64,000 bases of DNA from Chloroflexota bacterium (GTDB lineage Bacteria; Chloroflexota; Dehalococcoidia; Lucifugimonadales; UBA3495), in assembly GCA_027623675.1 (NCBI GenBank), contig JAQBVF010000008.1:53137-117136 (forward strand), given 5' to 3'. Both the position numbers and the translations under genes were made by a program. Below are positions 40,109-51,450 of this stretch, one piece after another (position 1 is the stretch's first letter; the number at the start of each line of letters is the position of its first letter). The notes under the pieces are model-generated. The model had not been told where the DNA came from, made no database searches, and saw nothing but the letters and a program-made list of their open reading frames with translations.

Positions 40109-41335
40109 CTAATCAAATGCCCCGGCGATGGCCATCTCCGCCAGTTCTTCATCGTCCACGCCGAGTATCTCGCTCAGGACAAAGGTCTGGTCCGCCCCGA
40201 ACTCGGGCGCTCCCCGGGTCACGCTTCCGGGCGTGCGGGACAATCTATAGGGCGCCCTCTCGATGGTCCGCAGCACCCCTTGTGCGTCTGGCACTTCCTG
40301 GAACAGCCCCCTTTCCCGCAATTGCGGGTCGTGCTCCGCCAGGTCTTCCCCGGTTTGCGCTACGCCCGCGGCGATGCCGGCCGCCTGCAAGAGGTGCATC
40401 GCTTCCTCCGCGTCCTGCTGCGATGTCCACGACTCAACCAGCGGATCCAGTTCGCCGGCATACTTGGCCCGAGACTCGGCGCTGCTGAATCGTTGCTTCG
40501 AAGCCCATTCGGGAGAGCCGATGGCCCTGGCGAACGCCGTCCATTCATCTTCGGTGAACACCGTGATGGCCAGCCAGCGGTCCTCGCCCCGGCACCGGTA
40601 CACGCCGTGGGGAGCGCCGCCGCCGTGGGCCAGACGGTTGCCCGTGCGCTGCACGTCGGCTTGGTTCGCGCTGAGATCCAGCGTCATCGGCCCCAACAAG
40701 GCCGACAAAGCCTCCATCTGGGAGACGTCGATCCACTGGCCCTGGCCGGTGCGCGCCCGCTGCAGCAACGCCAGCAGGACCGCCTGCGCCCCCGCCATGC
40801 CCGCCACGGCATCGCTGTAGGCGCTGGCCGGGCCACTGGGAGCGGAGTCGGGAAAGCCGGTCAGGTCGGTGAAGCCGGACCAGGCTTGCAGCGTCTGCCC
40901 GTAACTGACCCGGTCCTTCCACGGGCCGGTGCGCCCGAACCCAGACATGCTCAGCATGATTATGTCCGGCTTGATCCGTCGCACGCCTTCGTAGTCCAGG
41001 CCCCAGCCAGGCATGACCCGGCCGCTGAAATTCTCGGCCACCACATCGGACACTGCCACCAGTCTGCGGGCCAACTCTTTCCCGGCATCGGTCTTCATGT
41101 TCAACGATATCGACAGCTTGCCAGCATTCCAGTTGTGACGCTGCCCCAGGCCACGGGCCGTGTTTGACGCCGGGCCTCCGACCACCGACAGGGCCTGGTT
41201 GGACTCGACCTTGATTACCTGGGCGCCCTGGTCCGACAGGATGCGGGTCGCGGACGGGCCGGCATGTATCCAGGTGAAATCCAGGACCCGGATGCCCCTC
41301 AATGCCAGCGGTGAGTCATGCTCTCGGCCGGCCAT
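40109..41335 (-). CDS. CaiB/BaiF (family III) CoA-transferase
   Basis: LRGIRVLD, AGP, GAQVIKVE, DVVAENF, SGFGRTGP. Confidence 0.9.
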   Translation of the reverse strand: MAGREHDSPLALRGIRVLDFTWIHAGPSATRILSDQGAQVIKVESNQALSVVGGPASNTARGLGQRHNWNAGKLSISLNMKTDAGKELARRLVAVSDVVAENFSGRVMPGWGLDYEGVRRIKPDIIMLSMSGFGRTGPWKDRVSYGQTLQAWSGFTDLTGFPDSAPSGPASAYSDAVAGMAGAQAVLLALLQRARTGQGQWIDVSQMEALSALLGPMTLDLSANQADVQRTGNRLAHGGGAPHGVYRCRGEDRWLAITVFTEDEWTAFARAIGSPEWASKQRFSSAESRAKYAGELDPLVESWTSQQDAEEAMHLLQAAGIAAGVAQTGEDLAEHDPQLRERGLFQEVPDAQGVLRTIERAPYRLSRTPGSVTRGAPEFGADQTFVLSEILGVDDEELAEMAIAGAFD

Positions 41336-41336
41336 C

Positions 41337-42560
41337 TCAGACCACACCCGTGTCTTTCAGGTGTTGGTATTCTTCGTCCGAAAGGCCCAATTCTTCGCAG
41401 TAGACCTGCCGGTTGTGCTGGCCGACGCTGGGGGCGGGCGCACCGAACCGCCAGCCGTCTCCCGACAGCTTGTAAGGGGCACCTGGATACACCAACTTCC
41501 CGCCGCCGTCTTCCACCTCGAGATAGAACCCGCGGTCCCAGAGCTGCTCGTTGTCCAGCAGCTCGGAGGCGGTGGATACCGGCCCCCAGGGATGATGGTT
41601 GGCCTGGCCCCGATCGGTGATCTCCTTGCGGGTGTGGGTCTTGGTCCAAGCCTCCACCAGCCCTTCGATGTGACTGGACAGGTCGCCGCGAAGGATGAAA
41701 CGGTCGTCGTACTGCTCGTCCATCAGGTCGCCGGCCATCCCGTCACGAGCCATCCAGGCCCGCAGGTCGTCCCAGGCCTTCTGGGTGTTGGTCGTAATGC
41801 TGACGTAGCCGTCACGGCAGGGCCAGGTGGCCACGAATTGGCCACCGTGCCGGAACCCGCAGCGGACGGCAGACTCCCCGGTGTAGTTGTAGGTGGTGTT
41901 GACGTGCTCGGTGGTGGCGGCCACGGACTCCTGCATGGACACGTCCACGTACTGCCCTAGTCCCGTGGCCAGCCGGTGGTAGAGGGCGATCAGGATGCCG
42001 ATGAACGCCCGGTTGGAAGTGGTTTGATACGCCTGCAGACCCCATAGCTTGTTGGGCGGAGTGTGGGACCAGCCGGTGGGGTACAAGTAGCCGCCCATGG
42101 CGAAGCCGGTCAGGTCGCTGGCCCGGTAATCACGGTAGGGCCCGGTCTGACCGTACGGAGTCAAAGAAGCATAGACCAAGCCCGGATTCGTTTCGCTTAG
42201 TTGCCCGTACCCCAGGTCCAACGACTCCAGGTAACCCGGCTGGAATGATTCCACCAGAACATCAGACCGAGCGGCCAATCTCCGGAGCATCACTCCTCCG
42301 GCATCGGACGCGATGTCCAGGGTTATGCCGCGTTTGTTGGTGTTGTAATGCCGCCAGTCAAGGCTGTTCTCAGGCGGTGCCGCGCCTTCCAGGAAAGGAC
42401 CGATGCGGCGCATGGGGTCGCCGCCCAACGGTTCCACCTTGATGACGTCGGCGCCCACGTCGGCCAGCAGCTTCCCGCAGTAGACGCCCGATTCGCCCGA
42501 CAGGTCCAAGACCCGGATACCCGTCAGCGGCTGGGCGTCGTTTCCGCCTGGTCCGGGCAA
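41337..42560 (-). CDS. CaiB/BaiF (family III) CoA-transferase
   Basis: LTGIRVLDLS, GADVIKVEP, NTNKRGITLD, TPYGQTGP; start placed at TTG 42560. Confidence 0.9.
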   Translation of the reverse strand: MPGPGGNDAQPLTGIRVLDLSGESGVYCGKLLADVGADVIKVEPLGGDPMRRIGPFLEGAAPPENSLDWRHYNTNKRGITLDIASDAGGVMLRRLAARSDVLVESFQPGYLESLDLGYGQLSETNPGLVYASLTPYGQTGPYRDYRASDLTGFAMGGYLYPTGWSHTPPNKLWGLQAYQTTSNRAFIGILIALYHRLATGLGQYVDVSMQESVAATTEHVNTTYNYTGESAVRCGFRHGGQFVATWPCRDGYVSITTNTQKAWDDLRAWMARDGMAGDLMDEQYDDRFILRGDLSSHIEGLVEAWTKTHTRKEITDRGQANHHPWGPVSTASELLDNEQLWDRGFYLEVEDGGGKLVYPGAPYKLSGDGWRFGAPAPSVGQHNRQVYCEELGLSDEEYQHLKDTGVV

Positions 42561-42561
42561 C

Positions 42562-43152
42562 CTAGGCCGTGCGTGGACCCAGGTTTTTCTGCAGGTCGGC
42601 AATGGTCTGGTCGCGGGTCTTCTTCTGCCACCGCACCCGCTGGTTGATGGGCGTGTTCTCGACCTCGGGCGCCACCTTCATGGTCACAAAGACCGGGCCG
42701 GGCTGGCTGAGTATCTGCTCGATGTTGTTGGTGAAATCTTCCAGGTTGTCGAAGGCATAGGTCGAAGGGTATCCCGACCCTTTGGCGATGACATCGTATT
42801 GAACGTTCTTGGCGTTGGGCACGGGCTGGCCGCCGGTGGTGGCGTACACCTCGTTGTCCAGCACGAAGTGGTAGAAGTTCTTGGGGTCCTTCTCGGCGAT
42901 GGTCGGCAGCGCCCCCAGGTTCATCAGAACGTCGCCTTCTGAGTCGAACAAGATGATCTTCTCATTGGGCCTGGCCAGGGCCAGACCCAGGGCGAAAGAC
43001 GCGTGTCCACCCATGGCCGGGTCACCCAGGGGCACGTCCCGGTCTGGCTGGTCGCTCACGTTTATCCAGTGGCGGCCTCCCCGGCCGGGGATGACCACGG
43101 CATTCCCTCGGAAGGGTGCGAATGCTTTGAACATATCTGCTGTCTGGAACAT
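42562..43152 (-). CDS. TPP-binding subunit, sulfopyruvate/phosphonopyruvate decarboxylase beta-like
   Basis: AMGGH, SEGDVLMNLG...LDNEVYATTGGQP. Confidence 0.8.
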   Translation of the reverse strand: MFQTADMFKAFAPFRGNAVVIPGRGGRHWINVSDQPDRDVPLGDPAMGGHASFALGLALARPNEKIILFDSEGDVLMNLGALPTIAEKDPKNFYHFVLDNEVYATTGGQPVPNAKNVQYDVIAKGSGYPSTYAFDNLEDFTNNIEQILSQPGPVFVTMKVAPEVENTPINQRVRWQKKTRDQTIADLQKNLGPRTA

Positions 43153-43216
43153 CGGTCCTCTACAAATCAATCATGTAAATCGTTGGTTTTCTTGCCGGAA
43201 GGCTGGTCCAACCCAA

Positions 43217-43735
43217 CTAGCGTTGGACGAAGCCGTGGTATTCGTCGCCGATCAGCACCGCCACCGGCTGCTTGGTCTGCTCGGCCTGTTGGAAGGCGAC
43301 CGAGATGCGGTCGGCATCGTCGTCGCTCTCCACCAGGTAGTACTTGATGCCGAAAGCGTGCAGGAAATGCTCGGTGTAGGTGGCGGCTGTGTCGGTGTTG
43401 ACGCCGTGGCGCGTCCAGCCCCGGTACCCCACCATCAGCACCACCGGGATGTTCATGCTCATGACCCAGCCGCGCATGGAGTCGCCCGACTCCATCAGAC
43501 CGGTGTTCTGTATCAGGATGACCGGCTTGGCCCCGCCCACCGACAGGCCGGACGCGGTGGAGAATGCCTGACCCTCGCGGCTGACCGCGACCAGGTCCAG
43601 CGACGGCTCGTTCTGCAGCAACACGTACAGGAAGTTGGTTTCACTGTCTGGCAGCCAGACCACGTGGGTGACGCCATTGGCTTTCAGATGCTTGATAACC
43701 GTTTCGGGGCTGAATCCGCCTGCTTGCTCGGCCAC
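43217..43735 (-). CDS. TPP enzyme N-terminal subunit, sulfopyruvate decarboxylase alpha-like
   Basis: WLPDS, SREGQA, IQNTGL, MVGYRG. Confidence 0.8.
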   Translation of the reverse strand: MAEQAGGFSPETVIKHLKANGVTHVVWLPDSETNFLYVLLQNEPSLDLVAVSREGQAFSTASGLSVGGAKPVILIQNTGLMESGDSMRGWVMSMNIPVVLMVGYRGWTRHGVNTDTAATYTEHFLHAFGIKYYLVESDDDADRISVAFQQAEQTKQPVAVLIGDEYHGFVQR

Positions 43736-43908
43736 TATGTTTACCTCTTTAATCGATTGCTGATTGGAGACCTCGCCGGGTCTAGCTGGACCTGTGGGGC
43801 GTGACTCCCCAATCTCCGACCTTGTCGAGAGTCCCCCGATGGATCGGGGGGCCTAACCTTCTCCCAGTGGGGGAGGGATGCTGTGCCTGGGCGTAGTCCA
43901 GGGAACGG

Positions 43909-44775
43909 TCAATCGATGAAATCGCGTATCGCCTTCAAGACCAGGTCCGGGTGTTCCATGGGTACGAAGTGGGAGCCGGCGCCCAGTTCCTTTAGCTGAA
44001 ATCCCTTGGTCTCGCGGGTCAGGTGCTGCACGGCGGCGTCGTCGACCGATTGCGCCCCGTCGTAGTCACCCACCAGCAGTAGGTACTCTCCGCCCAAACC
44101 GCGAAGCACCTTGAAGGTGTCCAGGTTGCGCCGGTCCTGGTAGAAATTCTCTTCCACCACGGGTTTACACTTCAACTCGACGCGGCCATCCTCCAATAGG
44201 CGGGTGCCGCCCTGTATGTAATCGCCAAACACTTCGTCGGTCCACGGCTTGAACACCCGGCGGCCCCGGTAAGCTTCATACATCACATCGCGGCTCTCCC
44301 AGATGGACCGCTTCTGCAGCGTGCGCTCGATCCTCAGTTTCTGTTCTTCCGGGGAGAGCAGGGCCATGGGGCTGTCGCCCACCCTGGTGTCCACCAGAAC
44401 GCCCTTGCGGATGATGCCGGGCACCAGCGAGTCGGCGATGAGCATGGACATGCCACCAGCGGAGTGGCCGATACCGATGGAGCCTTCCAAACCCATCTTC
44501 TGGATGACCGAGGCAACATCGGCGCCGATCTGCTCGAAAGTGTAGCCGCCCTCCGGATGCTCGGTGTCGCCGTGGCCCCTCAGGTCAAAGGAATACACGT
44601 GATAATCGCGGGCCAGGTCCTCGGCGGCGTTCTTCCAGATCAGACAACTCATGCCCACGGCATGAAACATCAATACGTTAGGTTTGCCGGGGTCGCCCCA
44701 CTCTAGGTAATGGTGTTTTACCCCGTCTGTTTCCACAAATCTGCTTTCCGGTTGCAAGGGTCTCTCCTGAATCAA
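43909..44775 (-). CDS. Alpha/beta fold hydrolase
   Basis: DLRGHGD, GHSAGG, HFVPME. Confidence 0.9.
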   Translation of the reverse strand: MIQERPLQPESRFVETDGVKHHYLEWGDPGKPNVLMFHAVGMSCLIWKNAAEDLARDYHVYSFDLRGHGDTEHPEGGYTFEQIGADVASVIQKMGLEGSIGIGHSAGGMSMLIADSLVPGIIRKGVLVDTRVGDSPMALLSPEEQKLRIERTLQKRSIWESRDVMYEAYRGRRVFKPWTDEVFGDYIQGGTRLLEDGRVELKCKPVVEENFYQDRRNLDTFKVLRGLGGEYLLLVGDYDGAQSVDDAAVQHLTRETKGFQLKELGAGSHFVPMEHPDLVLKAIRDFID

Positions 44776-44795
44776 CTTCTCTGGGCCATCGGCGG

Positions 44796-45185
44796 CTATT
44801 CGGCCACGGCGACAACTTCCAACTGCACCAGCACGCCGGGCGGAAAGGCGTCGTATTCGATGGCGTGACGGGCGGGCCGGTCGTCCTCGTCGGGGAACAT
44901 CTCCAACCAGGGGCGGTTGACCGCCTCACGCTGGGAACGGTCCTTCATATACACCTTGACCGAACCGACCCCTGCCAGGCTGCCGCCGGCGTTCTCAATC
45001 ATGGTTTTCATATTGGCGAAGGCGAACACGCACTGGCTCTCGAGGTCCGCGGGAACCTGGCCGGTGGCTGGGTCGGCGCCGATGATGCCGCTGGAGAATA
45101 TCATGTTGCCCACCCGCGCTCCCATGGGGATCGGCGCTCCGTGTTTAACACCATCAACGTGTATCGAGCGTCCCTTTCCGGGCAT
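44796..45185 (-). CDS. RidA family protein
   Basis: IFSSGI, WLEMFP...RPARHA, VQLEVVA. Confidence 0.88.
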   Translation of the reverse strand: MPGKGRSIHVDGVKHGAPIPMGARVGNMIFSSGIIGADPATGQVPADLESQCVFAFANMKTMIENAGGSLAGVGSVKVYMKDRSQREAVNRPWLEMFPDEDDRPARHAIEYDAFPPGVLVQLEVVAVAE

Positions 45186-45366
45186 CCTTTCTCCTTGCCT
45201 GCGCCTTCGTGGATCTAGGTTTCGCCGCAGGCAATTATACCTGGGATATCTCAGTCTTCAACACATGCGCCCCCGGCCCGACTCCGCCCCGGCCCGGCAA
45301 AGTCTGATTTCGCCCACAGCCATGCTATCATTGGGCCTCAAAATTCGATCTTATGGAGGCGCCATC

Positions 45367-46392
45367 ATGCCATACGGAGGCAATGACTGGCACGCATTAA
45401 CTCAGGAAGAAACCCTGGAACCCGACCTGCCTATCTGCGATCCACACCACCACTTCTGGGACTACCGGCGCGAGCGCACGCCCTACCAGCGGTATCTGCT
45501 CCACGAGCTGGCCGACGACATCAACAGCGGCCACAACGTGCGTTCAACGGTCTTCGTCGAGGCACGTTCCATGTACCGCCCCGATGGACCGGAAGAGATG
45601 AAGCCGGTGGGCGAGGTTGAGTTCGTTCAGGGTCTGGCCGCCGCCAGCGCCACCGGTCTGTACGGACCGGGACGCGCCGCCGCCGCCATCGTCGGACACG
45701 CCAACCTGAACCTGGGCGAAGGGGTGAAGCCGGTCTTGGAGGCCCTGCAAGCAGCCAGCCCCAACCGGTTCCGCGGCATCCGCCACTCGGTCACCTGGGA
45801 CGCCAACCCGGCGGTTGAGAACACCGCCGCCCACAACATGGAAGGGCAGATGTCCAGCGCCAATTTCCGGGCCGGCGCCAAGGTGCTGGCCGACATGGGA
45901 AACACGCTGGAAGGCTGGATGTTCTTCTCCCAGATGCAGGAGCTGGTCGAATTCGCCAAGGCGGTGCCCAACCTGACCGTCATCCTCTGCCACGTGGGGG
46001 GCCTGCTGATGGACGGCCCTTACGCCGATCGTAAGGAAGAGGTCATGGACACCTGGCGCAAGGGAATCACCGCCGCATCCGAACAACCCAACATCGTGAT
46101 CAAGCTGGGCGGGATCGGCATGCCCCGGGTGGGATTCGACTGGCATCTCCGCGCCAAGCCCATCGGATCGGAAGAATTGGCCAGCGACATGGCCCCGATC
46201 ATCAACTACTGCATCGAGAAGTTCGGACCCAACCGGTGCATGTTCGAAAGCAACTTCCCGGTGGACAAGGTCTCCTACTCGTACAACATCATGTACAACG
46301 CCTTCAAACGCATCACCAAGGACTACTCGGCCTCCGAGCGGGCCGACATGTTCCACGACGTCGCCGCTCGTACCTACCGCATCGACGTCTAG
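45367..46392 (+). CDS. Amidohydrolase family protein (lactonase-like)
   Basis: DPHHHFW, FRGIRH, CHVGG, MFESNFPVD; GGAGG RBS. Confidence 0.9.
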   Translation: MPYGGNDWHALTQEETLEPDLPICDPHHHFWDYRRERTPYQRYLLHELADDINSGHNVRSTVFVEARSMYRPDGPEEMKPVGEVEFVQGLAAASATGLYGPGRAAAAIVGHANLNLGEGVKPVLEALQAASPNRFRGIRHSVTWDANPAVENTAAHNMEGQMSSANFRAGAKVLADMGNTLEGWMFFSQMQELVEFAKAVPNLTVILCHVGGLLMDGPYADRKEEVMDTWRKGITAASEQPNIVIKLGGIGMPRVGFDWHLRAKPIGSEELASDMAPIINYCIEKFGPNRCMFESNFPVDKVSYSYNIMYNAFKRITKDYSASERADMFHDVAARTYRIDV

Positions 46393-46434
46393 CCCTTTGG
46401 TCGGCTGGGCTACCCCGGTCTACGGACGTTATAG

Positions 46435-46468
46435 ACGGCCTCCGACAGAATCGGAGGCCGTTTTTCTT
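46435..46468 (+). terminator. Intrinsic terminator
   Basis: ACGGCCTCCGA-CAGAA-TCGGAGGCCGTTTTT. Confidence 0.8.
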
Positions 46469-46736
46469 AGCCTGCTGCATCGGGCAAGAGACCGCCAATC
46501 GGTTGTACGATGTGCCCAAATGCCAAAGGTGGCGCCCGGATTTGACGAGCAAGCAGCCGTCCGTTTCAGACTTTATCAACAGGTCACGGCTGACGGTGGT
46601 ATTATCGCTATCGCAGGGATCAACAGGTTTCCGATACTGATCGATGGATCCTAGGCACGTTTTTGCCTACGATCAAGCCGCACGGCCGGACACTTGGGGT
46701 ACCCAGTTGCCGCAAGCTGGCCGGGGAGACAACCAA

Positions 46737-46937
46737 ATGGCTGAAGTGGTAGACCTGATGCTCATCGAGGCTGGGTTCAAGCTCTTCACCACCGGTGGGG
46801 CCACGGTCGAGGTGGTTGAGAACCCGAAAGACGGCGTTTGGCTTTTCGCCAAATACCTGGTTTGCCCCGACGACCCATCTCTGGTTGGCGCCGAGGACAT
46901 GTTCTTCGCCCAAGACATCGTGGAAGTGCTGGATTGA
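46737..46937 (+). CDS. Small acidic hypothetical protein
   Basis: GGAG RBS before ATG; MAEVVDLML...VEVVENPKDGVWLF...EDMFFAQDI. Confidence 0.65.
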   Translation: MAEVVDLMLIEAGFKLFTTGGATVEVVENPKDGVWLFAKYLVCPDDPSLVGAEDMFFAQDIVEVLD

Positions 46938-47025
46938 CGGTCGAACCCGCCCTCTTCCCGCCCGGTTACGGCGAATCGCCGACTCATGGTGATTGGCGCG
47001 GGCCGCTCAATCCGGCGCGCTCGAC

Positions 47026-48072
47026 TCAGGCCCGGAAAAGATCGATGGCGTTCTGGCGGCAGATGCGGTCCCGGCCGGCCTGGTCCAGGCCAACGTGGTC
47101 CACCGCGTCCAGCAGGCCGCCGCTCATGGCCGACCAGACCCAGTCCGTACCAAGCATGATGTGCTCCGGCCCGGCCAGGTCCAGCAGCAGTTTCAGCGAC
47201 CTGGGATTCACCGTTACCGTGTCGTAGTAGAGCATGGGCATATACGCCTCCGGGCCGCCCCGTTCCAACTCCGTCAATTTCTCCATCCCTCGTTTGTAAG
47301 CCACATCCAACCGGCCGATCAGGAAGGGCAAAGACCCGCCGCCGTGACAAAGCACGAGTTTCAGATTGGGATGCCGGTCCAACAACCCAGAATGGATCAG
47401 CTTGGCGGCCAGGATGGTCGTATCCAGGGTGCGGCCCATGCTGAAAGCCATGAAGCTGGGACCGACCAGAGGCCATTTGCTGTGGGAGGCCCCGTGCAGC
47501 ATCACCGGCACATCCAGATCCTCCGCAGCCGCCCAGAAAGGCGCCAGGCCAGGGTCGGCAACGTCAACTTCGGCCGGGTCGCTGGGCAGCATCGCCCCCA
47601 ACATCCCCAGCGTATTCACGGCGTACTGCAACTCCCTGGCCGCCCGCTCTCCGTCCTGTAACGGCACGGCGGCGATGCTCCGGAATGCCGCGCCGGCGTC
47701 TTTGGCCGTTTCCGCCAGATGCTCGTTCAACAGGCGCACCCAATCAGCCTCTTTGTCCGGTTGTAGCGTGTAGCCCTGGATGTCCAGCCAGGCGGCCATG
47801 TATTGCGAGCCGATTCCCTGTTGCCGCATCCACTCGGACCGGGCCACGGTGTCGGACAAGCCACCACCCGCCGCCCGCAGGGTTGGCAGGCCAGGAAAGG
47901 TCAGGGCGTGTCCCGCGTCGGTCTCCTGGACCTCCACCCCGAAGGACTTGGCCGACTTCTGCGCTTCTTTCAGGAAACTGGTCGGCGCGATGTGAGCGTG
48001 AACGTCGATAAAACCGCCGGGAAGACCGCTAGGAGATCCGTCAGGAAAATCCAGGGGCTTTTCTTGGGTCAT
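47026..48072 (-). CDS. Amidohydrolase family protein (ACMS decarboxylase-like)
   Basis: IDVHAH, AAVPLQD, LCHGGGSLP, YYDTV, LGTDW. Confidence 0.88.
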   Translation of the reverse strand: MTQEKPLDFPDGSPSGLPGGFIDVHAHIAPTSFLKEAQKSAKSFGVEVQETDAGHALTFPGLPTLRAAGGGLSDTVARSEWMRQQGIGSQYMAAWLDIQGYTLQPDKEADWVRLLNEHLAETAKDAGAAFRSIAAVPLQDGERAARELQYAVNTLGMLGAMLPSDPAEVDVADPGLAPFWAAAEDLDVPVMLHGASHSKWPLVGPSFMAFSMGRTLDTTILAAKLIHSGLLDRHPNLKLVLCHGGGSLPFLIGRLDVAYKRGMEKLTELERGGPEAYMPMLYYDTVTVNPRSLKLLLDLAGPEHIMLGTDWVWSAMSGGLLDAVDHVGLDQAGRDRICRQNAIDLFRA

Positions 48073-48232
48073 GGTTCCTCCGGTTGGGCGGGCTTAATGA
48101 TGCAGATGTTGCGCGGCTGAGGATATATTCGTGGAGCGGCGGCGTCAAGGTTCTAGATAGTATGTATAATGAACGGTAATTTTCCGGCAGGCCTATTTGT
48201 ACTACCCTATACGCACAAAAGGGAGGATCCCG

Positions 48233-49906
48233 ATGCCTGATCGCAAAGATGGCGGCGACGCCATTCTGGAGGCCCTGCGCAAGCTCGACGTGGACTACAT
48301 CATATCCTCGCCCGGATCCGAGTGGCCGTCCGTTTGGGAGGCCCTGGCAAGGCAGAAGATCAACGAAGAGCCCGGTCCCACCTATATCAACTGCTGGCAC
48401 GAAACCCTGGCGGTGGCCATGGCCCAGGGATACACCCGGATGACCGGGCGGATGCAGGCCGTGCTGCTCCACGCGGGAGTTGGCGTACTGCAGGGCTCGA
48501 TGGGTATCCACGGCGCGTACCAGGGTGAGATTCCCATGCTAGTGGCCTCGGGCGAGACCGCCACCTACGGCGAGGCTGACGGATTTGACCCCGGCCCCCA
48601 GTGGCTGCGAAACCTCAGCATCGTCGGCGGTCCCAACCGGTTGGTGGACTCCATCACCAAGTGGAGCAGCCGCGTCACCAGCGCCGAAGTCATCTACGAA
48701 ACATTCAGCCGCGCCGGGGAGATGGCCCAACGAACACCCAAAGGCCCCACCTTCCTCAACGTTCCGATGGAGACCATGTTGGAGGAGTGGACGCCGCCCC
48801 CCGGACTGAAGAACAAGCCGGAGGCGCCCAAGACCAGACCCGAGGATTCGGCCATCGAGCGGATCGCCGGGCTGATTACCCAAGCCAAGAACCCGGTGAT
48901 CGTGGCTGACTCGTCCGGCCGGAGCGCCGAGGGATTCCATGCCCTGGTGGCCCTGGCCGAGACCATGTCCATCCCGGTCTTCGAATCGGAGGGCCCCGGC
49001 TACGCCAATTTCCCCAAGAGCCATCCGTTGCATAACGGCTACGATCTGAAGCAGCGGATGGGCGAGTTCGACCTGTTCCTGGTGGTGGGCAACCGGGCGC
49101 CCTGGTACCCGGCCAGCGCCAGTCCCGACAACGCCACCGTGGTGATCATTGACGAGAACCCCATCAAGGAATACATGGTGTACCAGGACCTGGGCGCCGA
49201 CCATTATCTCGAGGGCGACCTGCCGGTGACCCTTGATCTATTGGCCCAAGGGGTGAAGTCCGCCGGCGGCAAGCCCAAAGGCCATGCCGGCAATAACGGC
49301 GTGTGGGACCGATACCGGGCCGTCAGCGACAGCATGGCCGGCGCCAGCCCCATCGACCCGGGGGTGCTCTGTAACGCCCTGAACGAGAACATGCCGTCCA
49401 ACTCCATCTATGTCGACGAGACGATAGTGCACCGGCCCCAGATATTGCGCCGCATCAACTGGGACAACCCCCAGAGCTACCTGCGGCCCATCGGCGGCTT
49501 GGGGCAGGGTCTGGGCACCGCATTGGGAGCGAAACTGGCCTCTCCCGAGCGTCCGGTGGTGGCGCTCATGGGTGACGGCGCCCTGCTCTACAACCCCATC
49601 ACCCAGGCGCTGGGCGTGGCCCGAGAGAGCAACCTGCCCATCATGATTGTGGTTTTCAATAACACCAGCTATGCCGCCATGAAGCGGCTGCACCTGTCTT
49701 TCTATCCCGACGGAGAAGCCGCCAAGTCGGGCATCTTCCACGGCGTGGACATCCCTGGCCCCGACTACCAGCAACTGGCCTCCCCCTTCGGCGGCCACGG
49801 CGAGCGCGTCGAGGACCCCAAACGCCTGGCCGGCGCCATCAAAGACGGCCTGGCCGCCGTAGCCGAGGGCCGAGTGGCCATCCTCGACGTGGCGCTGTCG
49901 GGGTAG
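48233..49906 (+). CDS. Thiamine pyrophosphate-dependent enzyme (acetolactate synthase / benzoylformate decarboxylase-like)
   Basis: SPGSEW, HETLAVAMAQGY, GDGALLY...FNN TPP motif. Confidence 0.9.
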   Translation: MPDRKDGGDAILEALRKLDVDYIISSPGSEWPSVWEALARQKINEEPGPTYINCWHETLAVAMAQGYTRMTGRMQAVLLHAGVGVLQGSMGIHGAYQGEIPMLVASGETATYGEADGFDPGPQWLRNLSIVGGPNRLVDSITKWSSRVTSAEVIYETFSRAGEMAQRTPKGPTFLNVPMETMLEEWTPPPGLKNKPEAPKTRPEDSAIERIAGLITQAKNPVIVADSSGRSAEGFHALVALAETMSIPVFESEGPGYANFPKSHPLHNGYDLKQRMGEFDLFLVVGNRAPWYPASASPDNATVVIIDENPIKEYMVYQDLGADHYLEGDLPVTLDLLAQGVKSAGGKPKGHAGNNGVWDRYRAVSDSMAGASPIDPGVLCNALNENMPSNSIYVDETIVHRPQILRRINWDNPQSYLRPIGGLGQGLGTALGAKLASPERPVVALMGDGALLYNPITQALGVARESNLPIMIVVFNNTSYAAMKRLHLSFYPDGEAAKSGIFHGVDIPGPDYQQLASPFGGHGERVEDPKRLAGAIKDGLAAVAEGRVAILDVALSG

Positions 49907-49930
49907 GCGGCGCGACAAGGTCGCCCTAAT

Positions 49931-50084
49931 GGTCCTTCGACTGGCCCAGGATGAGCGGGAAAATAGCATCGTCACCAAACTGAACCTGTCCGTAATCCCG
50001 CTCATGGTGAGCCAGTCGAACCACGGTCCATAGGTAGCCATCTCCAGCACGGGCACCCCTAATATGGTCCTTCGACGGGCTCAG
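49931..50084. repeat. REP-like repeat cluster; the last unit is interrupted by IS110
   Basis: ggtccttcgactggcccaggatgagcgg / ccgctcatggtgagccagtcgaacc / ggtccttcgacgggctcAG. Confidence 0.85.
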
Positions 50085-50099
50085 CAACTGTCTTGGATG

Positions 50100-51207
<1,108 letters not shown>

Positions 51208-51222
51208 GGTTTAAGATACAAG

Positions 51223-51411
51223 GACGAGCGGAATCATCCAGCACGCCCTTCGACGGGGCTCAGAGGGGTATCATCCCGCAATCCCAGTTGCCCTAGTCCC
51301 GTTCGTGGTGAGCCAGTCGAACCAGCCTCTCTGCAAAGCCAAATTTGCCTCGGCAGCGATTCGGCTGCCCCGGTCCTTCGGCGTCCTTCCAGAGAACGGC
51401 AGGACGAGCGG
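51223..51411. repeat. Continuation of the REP-like cluster on the other side of IS110
   Basis: gacgagcgg (rest of the split unit), cccttcgacggggctcag, ccgttcgtggtgagccagtcgaacc, caggacgagcgg. Confidence 0.8.
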
Positions 51412-51450
51412 CCGGTGGGAATCGCCGGCCCTGATACCAGCCGCGGGGGG

